In this document: piece by piece, positions 47,988 through 57,169 of the stretch | How the letters are laid out: each line of letters starts with the position of its first letter | How positions within the stretch are numbered: the stretch's first letter is position 1 | Assembly (NCBI GenBank): GCA_040754455.1 | Contig: JBFMCP010000015.1 | Coordinates: 1-64,000 of the forward strand | Length of the DNA stretch: 64,000 nucleotides | Reading direction: 5' to 3' | Source of the DNA: Nitrospirota bacterium | GTDB lineage: Bacteria; Nitrospirota; Thermodesulfovibrionia; Thermodesulfovibrionales; Dissulfurispiraceae | The notes under the pieces: generated by a model | Databases searched by the model: none | What the model saw: only the letters and a program-made list of their open reading frames with translations | What the model was told of the DNA's origin: nothing | Translations under genes and position numbers: made by a program

Positions 47988-49640
47988 TTACCGCTTTACA
48001 TTCCCCAATTCGGTCAGCAATTCATCGGCAGCACTGATCACCTTTGTATTCGCCTGGAAACCTCTCTGCATGGCGATCATCTTGACGAACTCGTCCGCCA
48101 GGTCGACATTGCTTGCTTCAAGCGAGTTGGCGAATATCCTGCCTCTACCGGAGGTGCCTGCGGTGCCGACGATGGGCACGCCCGAGCCGTTCGATTCGGT
48201 AAAGAGGTTTCTTCCGGACTTGGTAAGCTCCGTCGGTGCGATAAACCGCGCGAGTGCGACATCGGCAACCTTCTGTGTCTGACCATTGGTAAACACACCG
48301 GTCATGGCGCCGTTCTGGTTAACGATCAGGCTCTGCAGACTGCCTGCCGTGTAACCATCCTGGCTCTGGAAGAGGACCGAATTCGGCGTACCGAACTGTG
48401 TCGTACCATCGAGACCACTGCCGCCTGCACTCAACGAAGTACCGAAATTAAAATTTATTACCTGGCTTTGTGTTACACCGCCTGAAAAATCAAAATCGCT
48501 GAACCCCTGCGTATCGTCAACAAGTTTACCGGTTGTATCAAACTCAAGCCTGCCATGAGCGGCAACATAGTTGCTTCCGCCGGTAGCATCGGAACCAGGA
48601 ACAACCGCATACCAGTCCCATCTGTTTCCTGTACCGCCTCCGGTTACGGGCATACTTTCACCTGTCTTCCTGAAGTATATAGTAATCAGATGGCTATTAC
48701 CCAGCGAGTCGTAGGTTGTAATAGATGTTGAGAAATGTGAATACGTTGTAGGGAATGCAGGATCGAAGCCGGTCGCGCTTGTGTTATTACTGGTGATATT
48801 ACTGCCAGCAGGTGCTGCAATAACGCTCGCAGTAGAAGCAAATCCACCGACTTGCTCAAAAGTTGTCAATGGGTCTTCCCAATGGATCGTCATACCAGCG
48901 GCACCTGTTACATTGGTAAAGGTAAATGTATTATCGGCATTATAGGTGACGGTAAGGTCACCGGCTGCAAGCCCGAGAGCAGCAGATATTCGGGTATCCA
49001 GCTCAGTTGCCACCTGTGCCCCGGTATATTCCCCAGGGGCTCCGGGGAATAGAGTAATTGCCGGCAGAGCATTAATGATAATTGAATTGTTAGTACCATC
49101 TATATAGAACTTCTCAGTGGAACTATTTACATGCATGACGTTTGTGCCCGAACTCAGATTTGCGGATACGGTAATGTTCGATGTATCATTCGCCGGGCTG
49201 TTCAGTGATGATACGTTGATGGTGCCGAGCACGCCGCCCGACTGTGTCAGATAGCCCTGTAACTTCAATCCTTCCGGATTGACGATATCGCCGTTCTTAT
49301 CGAGCTTGAACTGGCCTGCCCTGGTGTAGAACTGGGCGCCGTTCTGATCTCTCACGATAAAGAAACCGTCGCCTTCTATAGCGAGGTCGAGGGGGTTGCT
49401 CGTCGTCTCGAGGGTGCCCTGGGTAAAGTTGGTCTGCACTGCCTGGAGCGCTGCGCCTCTGCCGATCTGGAAAGACGAACCGCCGCCCAGTGATGAGCTC
49501 AGGATATCGCCGAAGGCTGCACGTGATCCTTTGAATCCGGTAGTATTGGTGTTGGCGATGTTGTCGCCGACGACCGACAACCCCGTACCATTGATATTAA
49601 GACCGCTGACACCTGTAAAAAGTGCTGTTGATAATCCCAT
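47988..49640 (-). CDS. flgE: Flagellar hook protein FlgE (copy 1, 550 aa)
   Basis: GDNIAN.NT.GFK, YTRAGQF, YDSLGN.H and LEASNVDLA.EF...QRGFQAN. Confidence 0.94.
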   Translation of the reverse strand: MGLSTALFTGVSGLNINGTGLSVVGDNIANTNTTGFKGSRAAFGDILSSSLGGGSSFQIGRGAALQAVQTNFTQGTLETTSNPLDLAIEGDGFFIVRDQNGAQFYTRAGQFKLDKNGDIVNPEGLKLQGYLTQSGGVLGTINVSSLNSPANDTSNITVSANLSSGTNVMHVNSSTEKFYIDGTNNSIIINALPAITLFPGAPGEYTGAQVATELDTRISAALGLAAGDLTVTYNADNTFTFTNVTGAAGMTIHWEDPLTTFEQVGGFASTASVIAAPAGSNITSNNTSATGFDPAFPTTYSHFSTSITTYDSLGNSHLITIYFRKTGESMPVTGGGTGNRWDWYAVVPGSDATGGSNYVAAHGRLEFDTTGKLVDDTQGFSDFDFSGGVTQSQVINFNFGTSLSAGGSGLDGTTQFGTPNSVLFQSQDGYTAGSLQSLIVNQNGAMTGVFTNGQTQKVADVALARFIAPTELTKSGRNLFTESNGSGVPIVGTAGTSGRGRIFANSLEASNVDLADEFVKMIAMQRGFQANTKVISAADELLTELGNVKR

Positions 49641-49707
49641 GCTATCCTCCTTTTTGCTCTCTCAACAGAATATTATTTCTTACTCTATCATCACTTCATA
49701 TGCTGCA

Positions 49708-51081
49708 TTAAATCTCGGTGAGCTTGACCAGCATCTCATTGGTCGTCCGCATGGTCGTTGCATTGGCTTGGAACGCCCGCTGTAGCGCAATCATGTTCAC
49801 GAACTCAGACGCGAGGTCAACATTGCTCATTTCGAGGGATTGGGAGAAAACCCTCACCTCTTCCCCCGGACCTATGATCGCCTCCCGCCAGTCACCGGAC
49901 CCGGCGGTCTGCGCATAGAGATTCTCTCCCTTCTTTTCAAGCTCCTGCGGTGCGTTAAACTTTGCGATGACCAACTGGGCCATCGCCCTTTCCTGCGCAT
50001 TTGAATAGAGACCATAGAGCACTCCGTCCTGGCCCATCCTGAAATCAGTTAGCCCTCCCGCCGTATAACCATCCGATTGCTGAAACGCGACAGAGTGTGG
50101 AGCCCCGTACTGGGTTGAATTATTGAGGTCGAGGGTAACCGTTGCGGCAGGCGCGTTCCACGCAGGGTCCCACGTCAGATTGATCGGTGCCAGGGTCTGC
50201 GTCAGAAGCTGCCCGTCGTTGCCGGTAACGGGGTCGATGCCGAACGTGATGCCTCCGAGGAACTGGTACTGAAAATTGGGAGTATGCGGGCCGCTCGCAG
50301 GCGGTTTTGCACTGTCCCATACCGCATAAACGTCCCATGCGTAATTGGCGGTCTTCACAAAATGTATGTCGACGGTATGGGGCGAATTGACCAGCACCTG
50401 ATTGGTGATGGGGTCACGGGCAAAATAACCGTCGAAGACAGTAATCGAAGTGCTGTAGTTGTACGAGCCCGGCGCCGGACCTCTCAAAGGAGTGAACAGC
50501 GCAGCCCAATCGAGCGCAGGGCTCCCGCCGTCGCCCACAGGGTCGGGCACCGCATCGGCTGCATTGAGATTCACCCGGAGACTGGCCGTCGTAGTGGCCC
50601 GGGGCGGCATTATGGTCTCATTATTGGCATCTCTCGGTATTTGCAGGTCCGTCAGCGTTGGCAGGATATTCCCTGCAGCATCCGCCATATAACCACGGAG
50701 CCGTAATCCATCAGGGTTGACGAAGTAGCTCTCTTCATTCAACGAAAACATGCCCGCCCTCGTGAAATATTCCGCATCGCTCACTGCATCCCTCACGACA
50801 AAGAACCCGCTGCCCTCGATAGCAAAATCAAAGGGGTTGGTCGAGGGGGCAATGGTACCTTGTATGAATTGCGTATCGACTGTTTTGAAATCAACGCCGC
50901 CCCCGACCTGAGAAGAGGCATCGTCTTTAAGTGCGGTAGTAAAAATATCCCCGAAGAGAGAGCGGCTCCCCTTGAACCCCACGGTGTTGAGATTGGCGAT
51001 GTTATTGCCGAGGACCGACAGGCCGGTGCCGCATGCGTTGAGACCGCTGACGCTGGTGTAAAATCCTGATGACAGGCCCAT
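49708..51081 (-). CDS. flgE: Flagellar hook protein FlgE paralog (copy 2, 457 aa)
   Basis: GNNIANLNTVGFK, FTRAG.F, QQSDGYTAG and LEMSNVDLASEF...QRAFQAN. Confidence 0.9.
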   Translation of the reverse strand: MGLSSGFYTSVSGLNACGTGLSVLGNNIANLNTVGFKGSRSLFGDIFTTALKDDASSQVGGGVDFKTVDTQFIQGTIAPSTNPFDFAIEGSGFFVVRDAVSDAEYFTRAGMFSLNEESYFVNPDGLRLRGYMADAAGNILPTLTDLQIPRDANNETIMPPRATTTASLRVNLNAADAVPDPVGDGGSPALDWAALFTPLRGPAPGSYNYSTSITVFDGYFARDPITNQVLVNSPHTVDIHFVKTANYAWDVYAVWDSAKPPASGPHTPNFQYQFLGGITFGIDPVTGNDGQLLTQTLAPINLTWDPAWNAPAATVTLDLNNSTQYGAPHSVAFQQSDGYTAGGLTDFRMGQDGVLYGLYSNAQERAMAQLVIAKFNAPQELEKKGENLYAQTAGSGDWREAIIGPGEEVRVFSQSLEMSNVDLASEFVNMIALQRAFQANATTMRTTNEMLVKLTEI

Positions 51082-51096
51082 GCTCTCTCTCCTCTT

Positions 51097-51624
51097 CTAT
51101 AATAAATAGGGATTCTTGATTTCTTTGATATGGCTGTAGTCCACTACTTTCGTGAGCAGCACCGGATTTCCCTTCCCATCCAGCACGACCTGTCCTTTCT
51201 CATTCTTTTCGTATTCATACACCATATTCCCTTCATTATCGAATACGATATTGCCGTCCTTATCCGTCTGGACGACGGCGATGGAAAGGTGTGTCCCTTT
51301 ATCATCCATGCTCACTTCGGTTACCATACCGGTGTTGTTATATTCATCGGACACGACCTTGCCGATCATGCCGACTGCAGCCGCCTGCTCGGTGCTCCTG
51401 GCAGTGGCGCGGGACTGCTCCAGACTGCTGAATGTCGCGAGCTGGGCAATGAATTCGGTGTCTTTCATGGGATTGAGGGGATCCTGGTTTTTGAGCTGGG
51501 CAATAAGGAGCATGAGGAAATCCTCTTTCTCCATGCTGTCGTTTTTCTTTGCAGCAACCTGTGTATCATTGGAAACCCCGTATTTGGAATCGTTATAGAT
51601 CGGCACTGAATTTGTTACTGACAT
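51097..51624 (-). CDS. flgD: Hook capping protein FlgD
   Basis: FL.LL.AQLKNQDPLNPM..TEF.AQLA.FS.LEQ. Confidence 0.93.
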   Translation of the reverse strand: MSVTNSVPIYNDSKYGVSNDTQVAAKKNDSMEKEDFLMLLIAQLKNQDPLNPMKDTEFIAQLATFSSLEQSRATARSTEQAAAVGMIGKVVSDEYNNTGMVTEVSMDDKGTHLSIAVVQTDKDGNIVFDNEGNMVYEYEKNEKGQVVLDGKGNPVLLTKVVDYSHIKEIKNPYLL

Positions 51625-51657
51625 GAGGCCCTCCTCTTTTCGTTACAGCGTTGTGCT

Positions 51658-53028
51658 TTACACAAAATAGTCGAAGAACTGACTTGCCGGTTCTTTCTGT
51701 TTCTTCTGTTGCTGCTGCTGATATTCATCCTGCTGCCTGCCGCCGTCAGAATAGTGCTCCTCCCGCAGATCGACAAAAAACTCCCCTGCCCTTATGCCAG
51801 ATTCCTCGATGGACGCCTTTATCTGGGGCACGGCGAGCGAAAACATGTCCTTCACGGCATTTGAATCGACCTTGATATCAGCGGTGAGAATGCCGTTGTT
51901 CATTTTCAGCATTATCTGGATATCGCCGAGATCAGGAGGGGAGAGTTTCAGGATCAGATGTTTCTCCCCGGCCTGCAGTGTTTTCATGATCGGCTCGCTC
52001 ACCTCAGTGAGCCTGCTTACATGGACGACCTCTTTGGCCGGAACGCTGTGCTTCGCATAAGCGCTGTGATGGACTGATGTGGCTGCAGCAAGCTGTGTTT
52101 CAGACCCTTCAGATGACGTCCGGCCATCACCACGGCTGTCCGGTTCTGCACTGGAAGTCTTCACCACCTCTCCGGCAGCATCGGTCGTTACAGTCGCAGG
52201 TGGCGGCACAATATCTATGTTCCTGGAATTTGAAGAAATGACCTGCACGTTCATCGAGGCATCATTCTTCACCGGCCCATTGCTGGAAACGGAGATGCTA
52301 TTTTTATTCGCAGGTGCAGTATCACTACCTGGGAGCACCTTCTTGCTTTCTATCGGCGCATTCTCACGGGCCCGCTGAGGCAGAGATGGCGTATCAGGTG
52401 TTTCACCAGTGACCGGCACTGCGGTTTCGGTATCGGTCTTGCCTATGGAAGGCGCGCTCCCCTCAGCTGCGACCGGTATGCTGTCCGTCGCGACTTCAGC
52501 GTCAGCGGAACCGGTCTTGAACATCGCCTTGACATGAACCGAGGTATCGCCGTGGACGTGGATCTTTACCTTCTCCTTCACATCCTCTGCTTTGGCCATA
52601 TAGGTTATTGCAGCGTTTCCATTATGGAGGGAGACGTTCAGCTTGAACGTGTCACCTTCAGAATGTTGGATACCCTGGGATTGCAGCTCGACAATGACCG
52701 GATGGGCCACTGCCGCCTGGAGCTGGGACATCATCTGCTGAAGCATATCGAGCGTGCTCTCGGCAGTTCCTGTCTCCTCGCCCTCGCCGTCAAAAAGTGT
52801 CTGAAGCAGCTCATCGAGCGTGATGGTCGTACCATCTCCATTCATCACACCACCATTTTTAAGGCTCTCAAAGCCTTTATTGAGCCCCGAGACGACTGCC
52901 TGCAGGATATCGGAGAAGCTTTCTTCCGATGCGCCGACCTCCCGGTCTCCTTTGAGCGAAGCGTCGATGGCCGTGCTCCCGCCCTTTACGCTGCCTGCAG
53001 CAAGCTGCATCATCACATTGTCGAGCAT
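51658..53028 (-). CDS. fliK: Hook-length control protein FliK
   Basis: Low-complexity N-terminal and middle region, C-terminal LKLSPPDLG.I. Start MLDNV at 53028 after GGAGG. Confidence 0.88.
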   Translation of the reverse strand: MLDNVMMQLAAGSVKGGSTAIDASLKGDREVGASEESFSDILQAVVSGLNKGFESLKNGGVMNGDGTTITLDELLQTLFDGEGEETGTAESTLDMLQQMMSQLQAAVAHPVIVELQSQGIQHSEGDTFKLNVSLHNGNAAITYMAKAEDVKEKVKIHVHGDTSVHVKAMFKTGSADAEVATDSIPVAAEGSAPSIGKTDTETAVPVTGETPDTPSLPQRARENAPIESKKVLPGSDTAPANKNSISVSSNGPVKNDASMNVQVISSNSRNIDIVPPPATVTTDAAGEVVKTSSAEPDSRGDGRTSSEGSETQLAAATSVHHSAYAKHSVPAKEVVHVSRLTEVSEPIMKTLQAGEKHLILKLSPPDLGDIQIMLKMNNGILTADIKVDSNAVKDMFSLAVPQIKASIEESGIRAGEFFVDLREEHYSDGGRQQDEYQQQQQKKQKEPASQFFDYFV

Positions 53029-53062
53029 GTATTCCTCCGGACGACATTGGTACGGTGCTTTA

Positions 53063-53078
53063 AGCAATAGGCATGCCA
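53063..53078 (-). promoter_or_regulatory. sigma54 promoter upstream of fliK
   Basis: TGGCATGCCTATTGCT. Confidence 0.85.
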
Positions 53079-53086
53079 AACAACAG

Positions 53087-53229
53087 CAGTAGTCAGAAGC
53101 CAGGAATCAGTAGCCAGGAGAAGAAGAAAATACAAAATAAGGTGCTTTCTTGCAGTGGTACGTACAAATTGTGGCGATCCGCTTTCTTATTTTGCCTTTT
53201 GGCTACTGCATTCTGACTACTTGCTACTA
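53087..53229. repeat. Inverted heptamer array (motE-like gene to fliK junction)
   Basis: cagtagt cagaagc caggaat cagtagc caggaga ... ccttttg gctactg cattctg actactt gctacta. Confidence 0.9.
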
Positions 53230-53251
53230 GTTTTGGTGGGGAAGATTTTTC

Positions 53252-53737
53252 CTAGGGGGAAGTTTTTGCCCGGGGAATGGTTCCTTTTGAAAGGATCCTC
53301 TTTGAGAGCGTGGCCGCCTTTTCGTTCTCCATCTGCGCAAGGATCTTGCCCGCGGTCTTCGGCTTTAATGAGCCCAGTATGGTAACGGCGGTCTCGTCAT
53401 CGAGCCTTTCGAGCTTGCGCGCAGCCTCATCAGAGGGCATCGCCTCGTACATCTTTGCGAGTTTCTGCAGCTTCTCTTCATTCTTGACATCCAGCGCTTT
53501 CTGCGCCTCGTCGATCTCCTTCTTCAATTTCCTGTATTTCTCCATCTCGCGCTGAATGTCCGCCTTGAGGATGTTCAGTCGCTCTTCTTCAATGGATCGT
53601 AATGACTGCTGTTTCGCTGCAGGGGATGGTTGTTTTTGTTGCTGGGCGGAATTTGCCGAAGAAGAAGCAAAGAGCAAAAAGTAAAAGGTAAAGATAAGGA
53701 AAGATCCTTTTTTGACCTTTGAAGTGCAATTTTTCAT
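53252..53737 (-). CDS. MotE/FlbB-like protein (MgtE N-terminal-like domain)
   Basis: Signal-like N-terminus, coiled coil, LAKMYEAMP..EAA..L and KPKTAGKILAQM...KAA.L; position after fliJ. Confidence 0.8.
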   Translation of the reverse strand: MKNCTSKVKKGSFLIFTFYFLLFASSSANSAQQQKQPSPAAKQQSLRSIEEERLNILKADIQREMEKYRKLKKEIDEAQKALDVKNEEKLQKLAKMYEAMPSDEAARKLERLDDETAVTILGSLKPKTAGKILAQMENEKAATLSKRILSKGTIPRAKTSP

Positions 53738-53757
53738 TTTTCTCTTTGCTTTTTGAT
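53665..53757. repeat. Inverted heptamer array spanning the start and signal peptide of the motE-like gene
   Basis: aagcaaa gagcaaa aagtaaa aggtaaa ... ttttcat ttttctc tttgctt tttgatc. Confidence 0.75.
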
Positions 53758-53759
53758 CT

Positions 53760-54194
53760 CTAGGCTCTGTGCCTGTTATGTCCGTTGACGGCGTGCTCAT
53801 CCGTTCCGATCTGCTCCTTTCGCCTGAGCTCTTTCTCCACGAGGTGTTTTTGCTTTTCATCAAGCCGCTCAAATATCTTTTTGTCTTTTGAGGCATCGGC
53901 AAGGTGTCTTCGTGCTGCCTCGACTTCACGCTCTTTATCTGCAAGGATGCTCTTCTGCCTCTGTATGGTGCTCAGCAGGTGCTCAAGATGCTCATTGAGC
54001 CGCTTTATTTCATCGATATTGATCAGTTCATCAGCACCACCAAAACGAGTGCTGAGCGATTGGTACTGCTCTTCCAGCTTATGCAATTTCGCCTCTTCCG
54101 TCGCAAGCTCTCTCAGGAGGAGCGCAAACCTGTTCTTTGCTTCATCCTCTTTCCACCGCTTCAGGTTCAAAAGGCTCTCAACAGGGCTTCTCAC
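53760..54194 (-). CDS. fliJ: Flagellar export protein FliJ
   Basis: 144 aa coiled coil after fliI, with LL.LK...E..A, A..D.K..E.L and EQ...DE. Confidence 0.88.
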   Translation of the reverse strand: MRSPVESLLNLKRWKEDEAKNRFALLLRELATEEAKLHKLEEQYQSLSTRFGGADELINIDEIKRLNEHLEHLLSTIQRQKSILADKEREVEAARRHLADASKDKKIFERLDEKQKHLVEKELRRKEQIGTDEHAVNGHNRHRA

Positions 54195-55546
54195 GCGGTC
54201 CCCTCAAAGAGTTGATAGAGATGCTTCAATCCCTGCTCGAAGGTCACCCTTTCGGTGATGCCCTGCTTCAGAAACGCCTTTATTCTGTCCATCATTCTGA
54301 TTGCATAATCGAGCTTCGGATTGGTCCCCTCTTTATAGGCGCCGATGGTAATCACATCCTCGTATCGCTTGTAGAGCGCCATAATGTCCGTCACCCTCTC
54401 AACGTGCGCCTTGTGGTTGGCGTCGGTGATGTCCTTCATCAACCTGCTGATGCTTTGGAGGATATCGATAGCCGGGTAATGGTTGTGGTTCGCCAGGTCC
54501 CGGGAAAGCACGATGTGTCCGTCAAGAATTGACCTGACCGCATCAGCAATAGGCTCGTTCATATCGTCGCCCTCGACAAGGACGGTATAGAGCCCGGTGA
54601 TCGTCCCCTCGCCGTCGCTGGTGCCGGCGCGCTCGAGCAGTTTGGGCAGGAGATTGAAGACCGAAGGCGGATATCCCTTGGTAGTGGGAGGTTCCCCTGC
54701 CGCCAGTCCGATCTCCCTCTGCGCCATGGCAAAGCGGGTGACGGAATCCATCATGAAGAGCACGTTTTTTCCCGCAGCCCTGAAATATTCGGCAATGGCT
54801 GTTGCGACAAAGGCACCTCTGATGCGGATGAGCGGCGACGTATCGGAGGTGGCGACGACAATGACCGACCGACTGAGTCCTTCTTCGCCGAGATCCTTTT
54901 CAATAAATTCCCGTACCTCCCTGCCGCGCTCGCCGATGAGGGCGATCACATTGACGTCGGCGGCGGTGTGACGCGCAATCATACCGAGCAGCACGCTTTT
55001 CCCGACGCCGCTTCCCGCCATAATGCCGACTCTCTGTCCCTTGCCGCAGGTGAGCATGGTATTGATCGACCGGATGCCGAGATCGAGCGGTGCCGCTATC
55101 CGCCGCCGCAACAGTGGATTGATCGGTTCGTTATAGACAGGAAAGAGCTGGCCGCTCACCGGTCCCTTGTCGTCCATGGGGCTTCCCATCCCATCGAGCA
55201 CTCTTCCCAAGAGCCCGTCTCCAACCCGGATATACCGCTGTCGTCCTTTTGCGATGATGCGTGATCCGGGGCCGATGCCCATAATCTCGCCCAAGGGCAT
55301 CAGAAGGATTTTATCTTCCTTGAATCCGATAACCTCGGCCTCGACGAAATGCCGCTCCGAAACATCGGTTGAGCCGTTGGCGGAGATATTCGACTGGATC
55401 TGGCAGACGTCGCCGATATTGGCATTCGGCCCGAGGCCTTCAATAACAATACCAACGCCCTTGTTGACTCTCCCGTAGACCTTGATGGGATCAGCGTCCC
55501 GTAGTAAGCCTTTACACCTCTCGATGAGTTGCGGTGTCGATGACAT
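54191..55546 (-). CDS. fliI: Flagellar export ATPase FliI
   Basis: AGSGVGKS, IGERGREV, DSVTRFA and GEPP.TKGYPPS. Confidence 0.97.
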   Translation of the reverse strand: MSSTPQLIERCKGLLRDADPIKVYGRVNKGVGIVIEGLGPNANIGDVCQIQSNISANGSTDVSERHFVEAEVIGFKEDKILLMPLGEIMGIGPGSRIIAKGRQRYIRVGDGLLGRVLDGMGSPMDDKGPVSGQLFPVYNEPINPLLRRRIAAPLDLGIRSINTMLTCGKGQRVGIMAGSGVGKSVLLGMIARHTAADVNVIALIGERGREVREFIEKDLGEEGLSRSVIVVATSDTSPLIRIRGAFVATAIAEYFRAAGKNVLFMMDSVTRFAMAQREIGLAAGEPPTTKGYPPSVFNLLPKLLERAGTSDGEGTITGLYTVLVEGDDMNEPIADAVRSILDGHIVLSRDLANHNHYPAIDILQSISRLMKDITDANHKAHVERVTDIMALYKRYEDVITIGAYKEGTNPKLDYAIRMMDRIKAFLKQGITERVTFEQGLKHLYQLFEGTA

Positions 55547-56225
55547 CCTGGACTTCCTTCAGTTGCTCTTCGATCCGGGCATCTATCTCGCCGGTCTCGG
55601 TCTCGATATAGCACCCTCCCGGAAAGATGGTTGCCAGCGGCTCTATGGAGATATCTTTAATGCCTGACTGTCCCTTGAGCATATCAAGGTGCGAGATCAT
55701 GATCTCGTAATCGAGCGGATTCACCTTGATGACCACATGCTCTTCCCTTTCGCCGACCCTCTTCATCGCATCACGGGCGACGCCGAGGATGAGCTCCCTG
55801 TCAAGCTCTACTTCCTTGTGGATGACCTTCTTTGCGATATCCAGAGCGAGCTCGATGAGCTGCGGCATCAGCTCTTCGGCTCTTTTCTCTCTGAAATGCT
55901 CGAGGGCCGTGATGATTTCTCCAAGCCGCTGCATCCGTTCGGCGATCTCCTGCAGCCCCTGCTGCAATCCCTTCTCGTACCCTGCGGTGTACCCTTTCTC
56001 ATAGCCCGCGTGCTCCTGCTCCTTTATGCGCGCCTGCAGCTCTGCTTCGCGCACCCGCTGCAGCTCCTCCGGCGACATCTCCTGCTGCGGCGGGACGACC
56101 TCCGGTTCCCGCACAGGCGTGTCTCCTGCAAGGTCCTCATCGAACCGGACCATGGTATAGGGCTGGATGATATCGTGCTTGGTACTAAATAATGACTTCC
56201 TCTCCACCTTTCCCTCCGATAACAA
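55512..56225 (-). CDS. fliH: Flagellar assembly protein FliH
   Basis: GxxxG repeats (GYEKGYTAGYEKG), VNP.D and GGC.IET..G.IDA. Confidence 0.92.
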   Translation of the reverse strand: MLSEGKVERKSLFSTKHDIIQPYTMVRFDEDLAGDTPVREPEVVPPQQEMSPEELQRVREAELQARIKEQEHAGYEKGYTAGYEKGLQQGLQEIAERMQRLGEIITALEHFREKRAEELMPQLIELALDIAKKVIHKEVELDRELILGVARDAMKRVGEREEHVVIKVNPLDYEIMISHLDMLKGQSGIKDISIEPLATIFPGGCYIETETGEIDARIEEQLKEVQDVIDTATHREV

Positions 56226-57165
56226 TCTTGCCCTCTTCCTCGAGTCTCCGCGCCACTCTCACAATATTCATCTGCGCCTTTTCGACATCGGAGACCTTCA
56301 CCGCACCTTTCGATTCCATCTCTTCCTTCAGTATCTGCACCGCCCTCTGCGACATATTCTTGTAGATCTTCGCCTTGAGCTCGTCGCCCGCCATTTTGAG
56401 TGCAAGCGCAAGATCGTCAGTCGTAATCTCCTTGAGCACCATCTGAATGCCGCGGTCGTCGATATTGACCAGGTCGTCGAAGGTGAACATGAGCTTCCGT
56501 ATCTCGTCGGCGAGGATCTGGTCTTTCTCTTCGATGTTCTTGAGGATGAGGTCCTCGGTCGCGCGGTCGAGCTGGTTGAGGATCTCCGCCACGGTCCTGA
56601 TACCGCCGATCTTCCTGCCCCTCGTATAGCTCTGGAGCTGCGACTGGAGCACGTCTTCGAGTTCACCCAATATTGACGGTGATATCTGATCGAGGCTTGC
56701 AATCCTCAATGAAACATCTATTTTTATATGTTCGGGAAGCTTTGCAAGCACTTCAGCAGCCTGTGAGGGTTCAAGATAGGCGACGATAATGGCAATCGTC
56801 TGGGGGTGCTCACGGGCGAGCATGTTGGCGATCGCGCCAGAATCGAGCCATCTCAGGATGTCGAAGGCGCTCGCACCGCTCTCGATCTTGTCCATCAACT
56901 TCTTTGCGTGCTCTTCGCCAAAGGCCTTCACCAGTATCTTTTTGATATAATCCTCGTCAACGGAGAGCATTGCGGAGCCCACCTTGTCGGAGAAATCGTT
57001 CAGGAGCGCTTCCGCCATTTCCGGAGAGAGCTTGACCCGCGCCATCATGGGGACGACCCTCGCCAGCTCCAGAGGATCGAGGTGCTTGAATACCTGTGTT
57101 GCGGCTTCCTCGCCGACTACGGAAAGGAACGCCGCCACTTTTTCGACACCGGTGAGCTTTTTCAT
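56185..57165 (-). CDS. fliG: C-ring/rotor protein FliG
   Basis: EHPQTIA, MFTFDDL and NMSQRA. Confidence 0.96.
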   Translation of the reverse strand: MKKLTGVEKVAAFLSVVGEEAATQVFKHLDPLELARVVPMMARVKLSPEMAEALLNDFSDKVGSAMLSVDEDYIKKILVKAFGEEHAKKLMDKIESGASAFDILRWLDSGAIANMLAREHPQTIAIIVAYLEPSQAAEVLAKLPEHIKIDVSLRIASLDQISPSILGELEDVLQSQLQSYTRGRKIGGIRTVAEILNQLDRATEDLILKNIEEKDQILADEIRKLMFTFDDLVNIDDRGIQMVLKEITTDDLALALKMAGDELKAKIYKNMSQRAVQILKEEMESKGAVKVSDVEKAQMNIVRVARRLEEEGKIVIGGKGGEEVII

Positions 57166-57169
57166 AGGC

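Noticed and set aside
47743..48282. Mirror ORFs both starting MTVRPG.ARSNR on opposite strands
   Set aside because: This is an artefact of the perfect palindrome at 47894-47930 (the terminator), not a gene duplication.
53738..53944. N-terminal extension of the 230-aa ORF; similar over-extended starts for pyrD, fliK, fliA, fliQ, greA and the hydrolase
   Set aside because: The extensions overlap upstream genes or promoters, and downstream ATGs fit homology and RBS position better.
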